NCBI GenBank assembly: GCA_045651645.1
Contig: JAZRSU010000023.1
Coordinates: forward strand, 16,175 to 80,174
Origin: Acutalibacteraceae bacterium
Lineage (GTDB): Bacteria > Bacillota > Clostridia > Oscillospirales > Acutalibacteraceae
Reading direction: 5' to 3'
Length of the DNA: 64,000 nucleotides
Shown: positions 35,272 to 43,867 of the stretch, one piece after another
Layout: every line of letters begins with the position of its first letter
How positions within the stretch are numbered: the stretch's first letter is position 1
Position numbers and translations under genes: made by a program
Notes under the pieces: model-generated
What the model was told of the DNA's origin: nothing
Database searches by the model: none
The model's input: the letters and a program-made list of their open reading frames with translations, nothing else

Positions 35272-36549
35272 ATGGAAGAACTTGCAATAAGAGTTGAACA
35301 TGTTTCAAAAGAATACCGCCTCGGAGCTATCGGCGGTGCAACACTTAAAGGTGAAATTCAGGCGAAGATAGCAAAGCTTCGCCATAAGGAAAATCCCAAC
35401 CTTAAAATAGGTCAGAAAGAACATGACAAGAATGAGCGATTCCTGGCTCTTAATGATTTGTCTTTTGACATAAAAAAAGGCGAAACCGTCGGTATTATAG
35501 GCAGAAACGGTGCCGGTAAATCTACTATCCTCAAGCTTATCTGCCGTGTTACAGCACCGACGAAGGGTAACATATATCTCAACGGCAGAATCACCTCTAT
35601 GCTTGAGGTCGGCACGGGTTTTCATCCTGAACTTACCGGCAGGGAAAACGTTTACCTCAACGGTGCAATCCTCGGTATGACAAAAGCTGAAATCGACAAG
35701 AAGTTTGACGAAATTGTTGAATTCTCTGAAGTCGGTCAGTTTATCGATACACCTGTTAAAAGATACTCAAGCGGTATGAAGGTAAAGCTTGCCTTTGCCG
35801 TTGCCTCACACCTTGACAGTGAGATTATGATTATGGATGAGGTGCTTGCCGTCGGTGACGTTGCTTTCCAGAATAAGTGTATCGACCGTATGAAGAAGGT
35901 TGCCGAAGAAGAAGGAAGAACGATTCTTTATGTCAGCCATAATATGGCTACGGTTAAAAAGCTGTGTGAAAGATGTATCGTTCTTTCAGGTGGCACAAAA
36001 GCATTTGAGGGAGATACAGACAAAGCTATTGCCATATATATGAAAGATGATTTTAACGATGCTGTTTATTTTGAAACAGATTCATCTCAAAGAGATTGGA
36101 AATGTAATTTGCGACATCTTATGGATGGTTTCAAACTTCTTGATACTGATACTAACCATTTTTACTACGGAGATAAATTTAAGTTTCGTATGGACTGGCA
36201 TAGTACAACTGATACCGACCGAATAAAAATGAAAGTTGTAATATTTGGTAGCGATGCTGAAGGTATAGGTGTTATCTATGTTGACGATTTAAATTATTCC
36301 TTGGGCAATAACCAAACAGAGTTTGTTTTTGATACAAGATACCTCGCACCAGGTCAATATGCACTTCACTTTAAACTATATGATGAAGACTATCTAGGAA
36401 ATGCTGAATATTATGATCAGTGCATTGGTATTCGGTTTACAATTGAGCACTCCGAAAAACACATTAAACTCAAACACTGGTTCAAAGACTGGGGTAATGC
36501 GGTGTTACCTTGCATAGAGCAAATTAACGGAGATGATAAAAATGTATGA
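35272..36549 (+). CDS. wzt: Polysaccharide export ABC transporter ATP-binding protein with extra C-terminal domain (Wzt/TagH-like)
   Basis: Walker A GRNGAGKST, signature YSSGMKVKLAFA, Walker B IMIMDEVLAVGD. An additional domain of about 180 aa follows (from about 36020). Confidence 0.9.
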   Translation: MEELAIRVEHVSKEYRLGAIGGATLKGEIQAKIAKLRHKENPNLKIGQKEHDKNERFLALNDLSFDIKKGETVGIIGRNGAGKSTILKLICRVTAPTKGNIYLNGRITSMLEVGTGFHPELTGRENVYLNGAILGMTKAEIDKKFDEIVEFSEVGQFIDTPVKRYSSGMKVKLAFAVASHLDSEIMIMDEVLAVGDVAFQNKCIDRMKKVAEEEGRTILYVSHNMATVKKLCERCIVLSGGTKAFEGDTDKAIAIYMKDDFNDAVYFETDSSQRDWKCNLRHLMDGFKLLDTDTNHFYYGDKFKFRMDWHSTTDTDRIKMKVVIFGSDAEGIGVIYVDDLNYSLGNNQTEFVFDTRYLAPGQYALHFKLYDEDYLGNAEYYDQCIGIRFTIEHSEKHIKLKHWFKDWGNAVLPCIEQINGDDKNV

Positions 36550-37588
36550 TTTCAAAGGTGAAACCCTGCTTATAACCGGTGGTACGGGTTCGTTCGGTAA
36601 TGCAGTGCTCAACCGTTTCCTTAAAACAGATATTAAAGAAATCCGTGTTTTCTCACGTGATGAGAAAAAGCAGGATGATATGCGCCATGAGTTTCAGGCA
36701 AAGATGCCTGAGGTTGCTGACAAAATAAAATTCTATATAGGCGACGTGCGTAATATCGATTCATTGCGTGATGCTATGGTAGGCGTTGACTACGTTTTCC
36801 ACGCAGCCGCACTCAAGCAGGTGCCCTCCTGCGAATTTTTTCCGATGGAAGCTGTAAAGACCAACGTTATCGGTACAGATAACGTGCTTACAGCCGCAGT
36901 CAATGCAGGCGTTAAGTCTGTTATCTGCCTTTCAACGGATAAGGCTGCATACCCGATCAACGCTATGGGTATTACAAAGGCTCTTGAAGAAAGAGTTGCA
37001 ACCGCAAAGGCAAGAAACGTTGACCCGAATAAAACAAAAATCTGCTGCACCCGATACGGCAACGTGCTCTGCAGCCGTGGTTCGGTTGTTCCGCTGTGGA
37101 TTGACCAGATCAAAAACGGTCAGCCTATCACAATCACCAACCCCGATATGACAAGATTTATTATGTCACTTGAAGAGGCGGTTGACCTTGTTCTCTTTGC
37201 ATTCAAGGAATGCGAAAGCGGCGATATCTTTGTACGCAAAGCTCCTGCCTGCACAATTCAGGCACAGGCTGAAGCAGTTTGCGAGCTCTTTGGCGGCAAG
37301 AAAGAAGATATCAAAATTATCGGTATCCGTCACGGTGAAAAGATGTTTGAAACGCTTCTCACCAACGAAGAGTGTGCAAAGGCTGAGGATATGGGAGACT
37401 TCTTCCGTGTCCACGCAGATAACAGAACGCTTAACTACGACAAGTATTTCTCCGACGGTGATGTGGAGCGTGTTAAGCTTACTGAATTCAACAGCAGCAA
37501 CACAAAGCTTCTCACCGTAGAAGAGGTGAAGGAGAAGCTTCTTGAGCTTGATTATATCAGAGAAAGACTTGAAGAATTCAATTCATAA
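36542..37588 (+). CDS. fnlA: UDP-N-acetylglucosamine 4,6-dehydratase/5-epimerase (FnlA/CapE/WbjB)
   Basis: MYDFKGETLLITGGTGSFGNAVLNRFLKTDIKEIRVFSRDEKKQ ... CLSTDKAAYPINAMGITKAL, typical of CapE/FnlA. Confidence 0.85.
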   Translation: MYDFKGETLLITGGTGSFGNAVLNRFLKTDIKEIRVFSRDEKKQDDMRHEFQAKMPEVADKIKFYIGDVRNIDSLRDAMVGVDYVFHAAALKQVPSCEFFPMEAVKTNVIGTDNVLTAAVNAGVKSVICLSTDKAAYPINAMGITKALEERVATAKARNVDPNKTKICCTRYGNVLCSRGSVVPLWIDQIKNGQPITITNPDMTRFIMSLEEAVDLVLFAFKECESGDIFVRKAPACTIQAQAEAVCELFGGKKEDIKIIGIRHGEKMFETLLTNEECAKAEDMGDFFRVHADNRTLNYDKYFSDGDVERVKLTEFNSSNTKLLTVEEVKEKLLELDYIRERLEEFNS

Positions 37589-37597
37589 GGTGACGTT

Positions 37598-38767
37598 ATG
37601 AAATACGATATCAGCTTTAAAAACAACGGCAAGCTTAAGCTTCTGATTATTGTCGGAACAAGACCTGAAATTATAAGACTGTCCGAGGTTATAAAGAAAT
37701 GCCGTAAGCATTTTGACTGTATTCTTGCACATACAGGTCAGAATTACGACTACAATCTCAACGGTATTTTCTTTGAAGACCTTAGCCTTGATGTGCCCGA
37801 CGTTTACCTCAACTGCGTTGGTGAAAATCTTGGTCAGACAGTCGGTAATATTATCGCTTCTTCATATGAGCTTATGGAAGAAATCAAACCCGATGCACTT
37901 CTTATTCTCGGCGATACAAACAGCTGTCTTTCTGCAATCAGTGCAAAAAGGCTTCATATTCCCATCTTCCATATGGAAGCAGGTAACCGCTGTAAGGATG
38001 AGTGCCTGCCTGAAGAAACAAACAGAAGAATTGTTGATATTATTTCCGACGTCAATATTGCTTACTCCGAGCATGCAAGAAGATATCTTGCAGAATGCGG
38101 TCTGCCCAAAGAAAGAACCTACGTTTCGGGCTCACCTATGGCAGAGGTGCTCAATGCAAACATTGATAAAATTCTTGGCAGTGATATTCTTGATAAGCTT
38201 GGTCTTGAAGAGAAGAAATATATCCTTCTTTCAGCACACAGAGAAGAGAATATCGATACCGAAAAAAATTTCCGCTCGCTGTTCAGTGCACTGAACTCAC
38301 TTGCGGAAAAATACGATATGCCTATTCTTTATTCTTGTCATCCCCGTTCAAGAAAAAGGCTTGAAAGCTCCGACATTGTGCTCGACAGCAGAATTATTAT
38401 GCACGAGCCTCTCGGCTTTTCGGATTACAACCGTCTGCAGCTCGGTGCATTTGCCGTTGTGTCTGACAGCGGAACACTTCCCGAAGAAAGCAGTTTCTAT
38501 CTGAGCATCGGCAAGCCTTTCCCCGCAGTGTGTATCAGAACGTCAACCGAGCGTCCCGAAGCACTGGACAAAGGTTGCTTTGTCCTTGCGGGTATTGACG
38601 AAAACAGCCTGCTTCAGGCGGTTGAAACTGCGGCAGAGCTTAACGGTAACGAAGAGTTTGCAACTCCCGTGCCCGATTATACCGATAAAAACGTTTCCGA
38701 TAAAATAGTAAGGCTTATTCAGAGCTATACCGGAATACTCAATAAAATGGTTTGGAGAAAGTTTTAA
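37598..38767 (+). CDS. fnlC: UDP-N-acetyl-L-talosamine/UDP-GlcNAc 2-epimerase, non-hydrolysing (FnlC/CapG/WbjD)
   Basis: KLLIIVGTRPEIIRLSEVIKK ... HTGQNYDYNLNGIFFEDL ... HMEAGNRC. Confidence 0.85.
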   Translation: MKYDISFKNNGKLKLLIIVGTRPEIIRLSEVIKKCRKHFDCILAHTGQNYDYNLNGIFFEDLSLDVPDVYLNCVGENLGQTVGNIIASSYELMEEIKPDALLILGDTNSCLSAISAKRLHIPIFHMEAGNRCKDECLPEETNRRIVDIISDVNIAYSEHARRYLAECGLPKERTYVSGSPMAEVLNANIDKILGSDILDKLGLEEKKYILLSAHREENIDTEKNFRSLFSALNSLAEKYDMPILYSCHPRSRKRLESSDIVLDSRIIMHEPLGFSDYNRLQLGAFAVVSDSGTLPEESSFYLSIGKPFPAVCIRTSTERPEALDKGCFVLAGIDENSLLQAVETAAELNGNEEFATPVPDYTDKNVSDKIVRLIQSYTGILNKMVWRKF

Positions 38768-39927
38768 TGAACATTCTTATAACAGGCGCTAAAGGATTTG
38801 CAGGAAAGAATCTCGTTGCAAATCTGCACACTATAAAGGACGGTAAAAACAGAACACGTCCCGATATACACATTGATGAAATATTTGAATATGATATTGA
38901 TTCAACTCCCGAAGAACTTCACGAATACTGTGCAAAAGCAGATTTCGTTTTTCACTTTGCAGGTGTAAACAGACCGAAGGAAGCAAGCGAGTTTGCAGGT
39001 AATTACGGCGTTCTCGGCACTGTTCTTGCTGAACTGAAATCGTGCTCGAATAAGGCTCCCGTTATGCTGTCTTCATCGGTCCAGGCTACTCTCGAGGGCA
39101 GGTTTGCAGGCTCGGAGTATGGCAAAAGCAAGCTTGAAGCTGAAAATATGTTGCTTGACTACGAAAAAGAAACGGGTGCCAAGGCGCTGGTTTACCGTCT
39201 GCCCAACCTTTTCGGAAAATGGTGCAGACCGAATTACAACTCTGCCGTTGCAACCTTCTGCAACAATATTGCGAAGGATTTGCCGATAACCGTCAACGAC
39301 CCTTCTGTTGAGCTTGAACTTCTTTATATCGACGATTTTGTTGATGAAATGCTTAATGCACTTGAGGGCAAGGAAACAAAAAGCGATAAACTCTGCACAT
39401 TCTCTGTTACACACAAAGTAACTCTGGGTGAAATTGTCGAGCTTCTTGAAAGCTTCAAATCGCAGAGTCAGACTCTTGTTATGCCCGAAATTCCTTATAA
39501 TTCATTTGCAAAGAAGCTTTATTCAACCTATCTTTCATATCTTCCCGAAGAAAAGGTAAGCATTCCGCTTAAGATGAACAGCGACCCCCGAGGCAGCTTT
39601 ACCGAAATTTTAAAAACTGCAAGTTGCGGTCAGTTTTCGGTTAATGTAAGTAAACCCGGCATAACAAAGGGTCAGCACTGGCACAATACAAAGTGGGAAT
39701 TTTTCATTGTTGTTTCGGGTACAGCACTCATTCAGCAAAGAGAAATCGGCACAGATAAGGTGCTGGAATTCCGTGTTTCAGGCGATAAGCCTGAGGCTGT
39801 GCATATGCTCCCCGGTTTCACTCACAATATTATCAACCTTTCCGAAACGGAAAATCTCGTTACACTTATGTGGGCAAACGAGCAGTTTGACCCCGAAAAA
39901 CCCGATACATTTTTTGAAGTTGTGTGA
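38767..39927 (+). CDS. fnlB: CapF/FnlB/WbjC-type bifunctional reductase/epimerase (SDR domain + C-terminal cupin)
   Basis: MNILITGAKGFAGKNLVANL ... YGKSKLEAE, then a cupin part (DPRGSFTEILK ... GQHWHNTKWEFFIVVSG). TAATG overlap with fnlC. Confidence 0.8.
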   Translation: MNILITGAKGFAGKNLVANLHTIKDGKNRTRPDIHIDEIFEYDIDSTPEELHEYCAKADFVFHFAGVNRPKEASEFAGNYGVLGTVLAELKSCSNKAPVMLSSSVQATLEGRFAGSEYGKSKLEAENMLLDYEKETGAKALVYRLPNLFGKWCRPNYNSAVATFCNNIAKDLPITVNDPSVELELLYIDDFVDEMLNALEGKETKSDKLCTFSVTHKVTLGEIVELLESFKSQSQTLVMPEIPYNSFAKKLYSTYLSYLPEEKVSIPLKMNSDPRGSFTEILKTASCGQFSVNVSKPGITKGQHWHNTKWEFFIVVSGTALIQQREIGTDKVLEFRVSGDKPEAVHMLPGFTHNIINLSETENLVTLMWANEQFDPEKPDTFFEVV

Positions 39928-39933
39928 TAAATA

Positions 39934-41157
39934 ATGGGCATTAAAAACGCCGTACTGAGAGAGCACGAAAAAATTCTGCTAGATATTCTTGCCAATAATC
40001 TTTTCGGTGCAGAGCGCAAGGTTAACCTCAATGAGGATAATCTCAATGCGGTCTGGAGCGAAGCATACACTCAGGCGGTTACCCTTATGGCTTTTCAGCA
40101 TTTCGGCGGTGAAGTTTTTAAAGGTGAGTTACCCGTATTTATCAGAAATTCACTCAATCAGACTCTTGCGGATAATGCTAAGATTGATTTTGAGCATGTG
40201 CGTATCTGCAACATGATGAAAAATGCAGGTGTCAGGTGCACAATTCTCAAAGGCTATGCGTCGGCACTCTATTACCCTGATCCTCTTATGCGCTCAATGG
40301 GCGATGTTGATTTTCTTGTCGATACGGACGATTTTGAAAAAGCCGCCAAAGTCCTCGCTGAAAACAACTATAAAACAACAGGCAAAAACCACGATGTGCA
40401 CGATGTCTACTTTAACGACGTCGGCCGTTGTGAAATGCATTTTCAGCCTTCCGGTATTCCCGACGGTAAGGCAGGTGTGAAGGTCAGAAAATATCTTTCA
40501 GGGCTTCTTGATGACTCTGTGACCGTAAAAACAGAGCTTGGCGAAATAACCGTGCCTTCCGTTTATCATCACGGCATTATTATTCTGCTCCATATGTGTC
40601 ATCACCTTACGGGTGACGGTCTGGGTCTTCGCCATCTGTGCGACTGGGCGGTGTTCCTTAACAGTATCGGCGAAGCGGAATTTCTTGAAATGTTTGAAAA
40701 AACGTTCAAGGATATAGGTCTCTGGCAGTTTGCAAAGATAATGACGTTTATCTGCACCGAATATCTTGGCCTTAAGGGTATGAACTGGGCACAGGATGCT
40801 GACAGGAAGCTTGCCGACTGTATTCTTATCGATATTATTATCGGTGGCAATTTCGGCCAGAAAAATATCGACAGAAGCCACGAAAGTCTGCTGATTTCAA
40901 GCAAAAATCAAAAAGAAAATTCTATGTTCAGACAGTTCTTTGTTTCTCTCAATGTAGTTGTTTGTAAAAACTGGAAAGCGGCAAGAAAGTACAGGTTCCT
41001 TCTTCCGCTGGGCTGGCTGTTTTTCGGCACAAGATATATAATCCGTTCGTTATTCGGCAAGCGCCCGAAAATCCGCCCTAAAAAGGTTGCAGAAAACGCA
41101 GCGGAAAGAATGGATATATATTCCGCTTTAAATCTGTTTGAACCGTTTAAAGGGTAA
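39934..41157 (+). CDS. Uncharacterised nucleotidyltransferase family protein (NTP_transf_5-like)
   Basis: ILKGYASALYYPDPLMRSMGDVDFLVDTDDFEKAAKVL ... MHFQP ... HHGIIILLHMCHHL. Last gene of the plus-strand glycan locus. Confidence 0.6.
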   Translation: MGIKNAVLREHEKILLDILANNLFGAERKVNLNEDNLNAVWSEAYTQAVTLMAFQHFGGEVFKGELPVFIRNSLNQTLADNAKIDFEHVRICNMMKNAGVRCTILKGYASALYYPDPLMRSMGDVDFLVDTDDFEKAAKVLAENNYKTTGKNHDVHDVYFNDVGRCEMHFQPSGIPDGKAGVKVRKYLSGLLDDSVTVKTELGEITVPSVYHHGIIILLHMCHHLTGDGLGLRHLCDWAVFLNSIGEAEFLEMFEKTFKDIGLWQFAKIMTFICTEYLGLKGMNWAQDADRKLADCILIDIIIGGNFGQKNIDRSHESLLISSKNQKENSMFRQFFVSLNVVVCKNWKAARKYRFLLPLGWLFFGTRYIIRSLFGKRPKIRPKKVAENAAERMDIYSALNLFEPFKG

Positions 41158-41187
41158 TTTTATAAGTGCTTTATCCACACATAAAAA

Positions 41188-41227
41188 CAGATTTGCAGAC
41201 TTTTATCGGTTTGCAAATCTGTTTTTT
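41188..41227 (+). terminator. Rho-independent terminator ending the glycan locus
   Basis: CAGATTTGCA (41188-41197), 14-nt loop, TGCAAATCTG (41212-41221), then TTTTTT. Confidence 0.8.
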
Positions 41228-41349
41228 CTGTCAATAAAATATTACTTCTGCCCGTTCTTGCGCAAAAAATAAAGTTGTGATATTATAAACTGTATAAATT
41301 TATAGATGAGCAAATATAATAGTTTATATATTCTGAAGGAGTGGTACGG

Positions 41350-41931
41350 ATGAGAATTTGTGTTTACGGTGCGGCATCACCAACGATTGATCCGGAATAC
41401 ATCAGACAGACCGAGATTATGGGTGAAGAGATGGCAAAAAGAGGTCACTCGCTTGTATTCGGCGGCGGTGCAAACGGACTTATGGGTGCCGCGGCAAGAG
41501 GTGTAAAAAAAGGCGGCGGCAAAATCCTTGGTGTTATACCGAAATTTTTTGACGAAGAAAACATCGAGGCAATTTACGATAAATGCGACGAGCTTTTAAT
41601 GCCCGAAAATATGCGTGAGCGCAAGCAGCTTATGGAAGATAACGCTGATGCGTTTATCATAACACCGGGCGGCATCGGCACTTATGAGGAGTTTTTCGAA
41701 ATTCTTACCCTCAAACAGCTCTGCCGACACAATAAGCCTATTGCAATTTTTAATATTATGGGCTACTACGACGGGCTCAACGAGGTTATGAATCAGGCAA
41801 TGCAGAAGAATTTCATCCGTGAAAACTGCAGCAGCCTTTTCACAATTACAGATAATCTTGACGAGCTTCTTGATTATATCGAAACACCTGTTGACGATAC
41901 ACTTACTGTTAAACAGCTCAAAGACGGATAA
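41350..41931 (+). CDS. LOG-family (TIGR00730) nucleotide phosphoribohydrolase-like protein
   Basis: ICVYGAAS ... LVFGGGANGLMGAAARG ... PGGIGTYEEFFEILTLKQL. ATG 41350 lies 8 nt after AAGGAG. Confidence 0.85.
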   Translation: MRICVYGAASPTIDPEYIRQTEIMGEEMAKRGHSLVFGGGANGLMGAAARGVKKGGGKILGVIPKFFDEENIEAIYDKCDELLMPENMRERKQLMEDNADAFIITPGGIGTYEEFFEILTLKQLCRHNKPIAIFNIMGYYDGLNEVMNQAMQKNFIRENCSSLFTITDNLDELLDYIETPVDDTLTVKQLKDG

Positions 41932-41935
41932 AAAA

Positions 41936-41970
41936 TGCACCTCTATCTTACCGATAGAGGTGCATTTTTT
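41936..41970. terminator. Bidirectional rho-independent terminator between LOG (+) and the DUF4838 gene (-)
   Basis: AAAAA-TGCACCTCTATC-TTACC-GATAGAGGTGCA-TTTTTT: a 12-bp perfect stem with A and T tracts on both sides. Confidence 0.85.
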
Positions 41971-43855
41971 ATTTCCAATTAAACGGTCTGAGCATAAAAT
42001 CTACTGTGCTCTTATCCTGCGGAATCAGACCGAAGGCGGATACCCTGTGCACACCGTGCGCAAGGAACGCATCGTAGAGCTTTTCGTTTTCCTGCAAACG
42101 GAAAGGATTGAGGAAGAAATACTCACCGAGGAACTGATTAGCCTTGAAGTATTCCCAGCTAAGGTTTGCAACCTCGACGTTGAACATCTGCTCTTCGGTT
42201 ACGTCGGCACTGAGTGCCTTGTCCCAAAGGCTGTCAAGTCTGAGGATAGTTGCGATCGGATAGAAGCCCGATTGATAGTGCCAGTCAAAATCAAACGCAT
42301 GAGCTGTAGACTTGATCTGGTAAGCCTGCAGGTCGAGAATTTCTCTGATATACGGTGCGGCTTGCTCACCGTAATATGCCTTGAGGAAGTCCATCATATG
42401 ATACTCGAGGTCACAGTCAACGTCCCACATAACCTTGCAGTAAAGGTAGTTTCTCAGCTCGTTGAATGCGGCAGAGTGACCGTCACCGCAGTTGTAAACG
42501 TAACCTGTAATGCCGATGTCGTGCATATACTGCATTGTCGGCTGAAGAGTCTCAAAGTTTGAGAAAAACTGTGCCGAGTTGAGGAAATTGATTGTGTAGT
42601 CATAGATATAAGTCCTGTCGGCAATCTTTACCCAGTTTGCAAAATCCTCTGCAATCGTAGGCTCTTTCTCGCCGTAGAGGTTGACGAAGCTTTCGTCACC
42701 GTCCTGAGCACCGCATTCGGTCAGCGGATGGCTGCGGCACGCTTTATGTAAACCGCAGAGCACGGGCACAACGTTGTCGCTACACCTGAGCGTAAGGTCC
42801 TGCGGAGGACGGTCTGTTTCGCCGTAAGCATAGAATGTATATGTGAATTCGGGGAATTCTTCATCGAGTGCATCGGCAAAATTATTTGTAAAAATAAGTG
42901 TCGGAGCAGAAATACTGCCGTACTTTTCGTAAAGTGCTGTACAGTTTTCACAGTAGCAGTAGTTGGAGTTATCTTTCTGACCGATGTGAATATGGTCGGC
43001 TGTTTCTCTGTCGCACGCACGCATTGCGGCTCTCGCATTCTCAACAGCTATCGGGAGCACGTCGGGATGTGAAAGACATACGTGGTCTGTAGTGCGTGTG
43101 CCGTCGGGATTCATCGCAAAATATTCGGGATGCTCGGCAAAAAGTGAATCTGGCACAAGTGTGTCGAGCGTAACGTCCCAGAGCACATAGTTGAGCGCAC
43201 CGCCGTATTCGGTTGCTTCGTTCCAGAATGAAACGTTAACCTTCATCTTTGCGCGGTATTCATCACTTGAATTCGCACAGCTGTTGCGCCTTATTGAGAA
43301 AGAGGGGCGCACCGTGCGATTCATAGCCGCATCGACAACAACATCCTCACGCTCGGGCACAACCTCAAGCGTGGGTGTAAACCAACGCACACCGAAATAC
43401 TCTTCAAGCAGAGTATATACGCCGTAGAGTGTACCTCTGCTGTCGCCGCCTGCTATAAGCAGATATGTGCCGTCGGAGTAAAGCAGGAAACCGTCTGCAC
43501 CGATTGATTCACGGTCAACCTGAGTGATTTCTTTTTCAAGCTGAGTTTCACCTATAACGATTGCCTTTGCACCGTCAGCGAGCTCGGATTCGGTAACATA
43601 TTCAAGCTCTGCACCGCTGATTGTTTTTATGTATTTCTGCATTTCAGCGACAGCGGTGAGTATGCATTCGTCGGGAGAATCAGATGTGACGATTACAAAG
43701 TCTGTTTCGCCGTCCTCAACAATGTACATAGGTGTTGTAATTTCGGGCGCAACATACTCACCGTCAGTGTAGCTGACATCTGTAGCAAACGGCAGATTAA
43801 CGCAGGAAAGAAGGAAGACTTCAATAAAGCCGATTATCGCTTTTATGATTGCCAT
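41969..43855 (-). CDS. DUF4838-domain protein (GH20b/GH67N-like N-terminal domain; putative secreted glycan-processing protein)
   Basis: N-terminal signal/anchor IIGFIEVFLLSCV, then DFVIVTSD ... AIVIGE ... DGFLLYSDGTYLLIAGGDSRGTLYGVYTLLEEYFGVRWFTP. GGAGG RBS. Confidence 0.65.
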   Translation of the reverse strand: MAIIKAIIGFIEVFLLSCVNLPFATDVSYTDGEYVAPEITTPMYIVEDGETDFVIVTSDSPDECILTAVAEMQKYIKTISGAELEYVTESELADGAKAIVIGETQLEKEITQVDRESIGADGFLLYSDGTYLLIAGGDSRGTLYGVYTLLEEYFGVRWFTPTLEVVPEREDVVVDAAMNRTVRPSFSIRRNSCANSSDEYRAKMKVNVSFWNEATEYGGALNYVLWDVTLDTLVPDSLFAEHPEYFAMNPDGTRTTDHVCLSHPDVLPIAVENARAAMRACDRETADHIHIGQKDNSNYCYCENCTALYEKYGSISAPTLIFTNNFADALDEEFPEFTYTFYAYGETDRPPQDLTLRCSDNVVPVLCGLHKACRSHPLTECGAQDGDESFVNLYGEKEPTIAEDFANWVKIADRTYIYDYTINFLNSAQFFSNFETLQPTMQYMHDIGITGYVYNCGDGHSAAFNELRNYLYCKVMWDVDCDLEYHMMDFLKAYYGEQAAPYIREILDLQAYQIKSTAHAFDFDWHYQSGFYPIATILRLDSLWDKALSADVTEEQMFNVEVANLSWEYFKANQFLGEYFFLNPFRLQENEKLYDAFLAHGVHRVSAFGLIPQDKSTVDFMLRPFNWK

Positions 43856-43867
43856 TGATTTACCTCC

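Noticed and set aside
41819-42562. 247-aa plus-strand ORF overlapping the DUF4838 gene. Similar long antisense ORFs occur at 53704-54357 (-), 57101-58051 (+), 60493-61161 (+), 47249-47824 (-) and 11473-12027 (-).
   Set aside because: Each lies antisense to a gene with clear family motifs, has a low-complexity or odd composition and lacks a convincing RBS. These are shadow ORFs.
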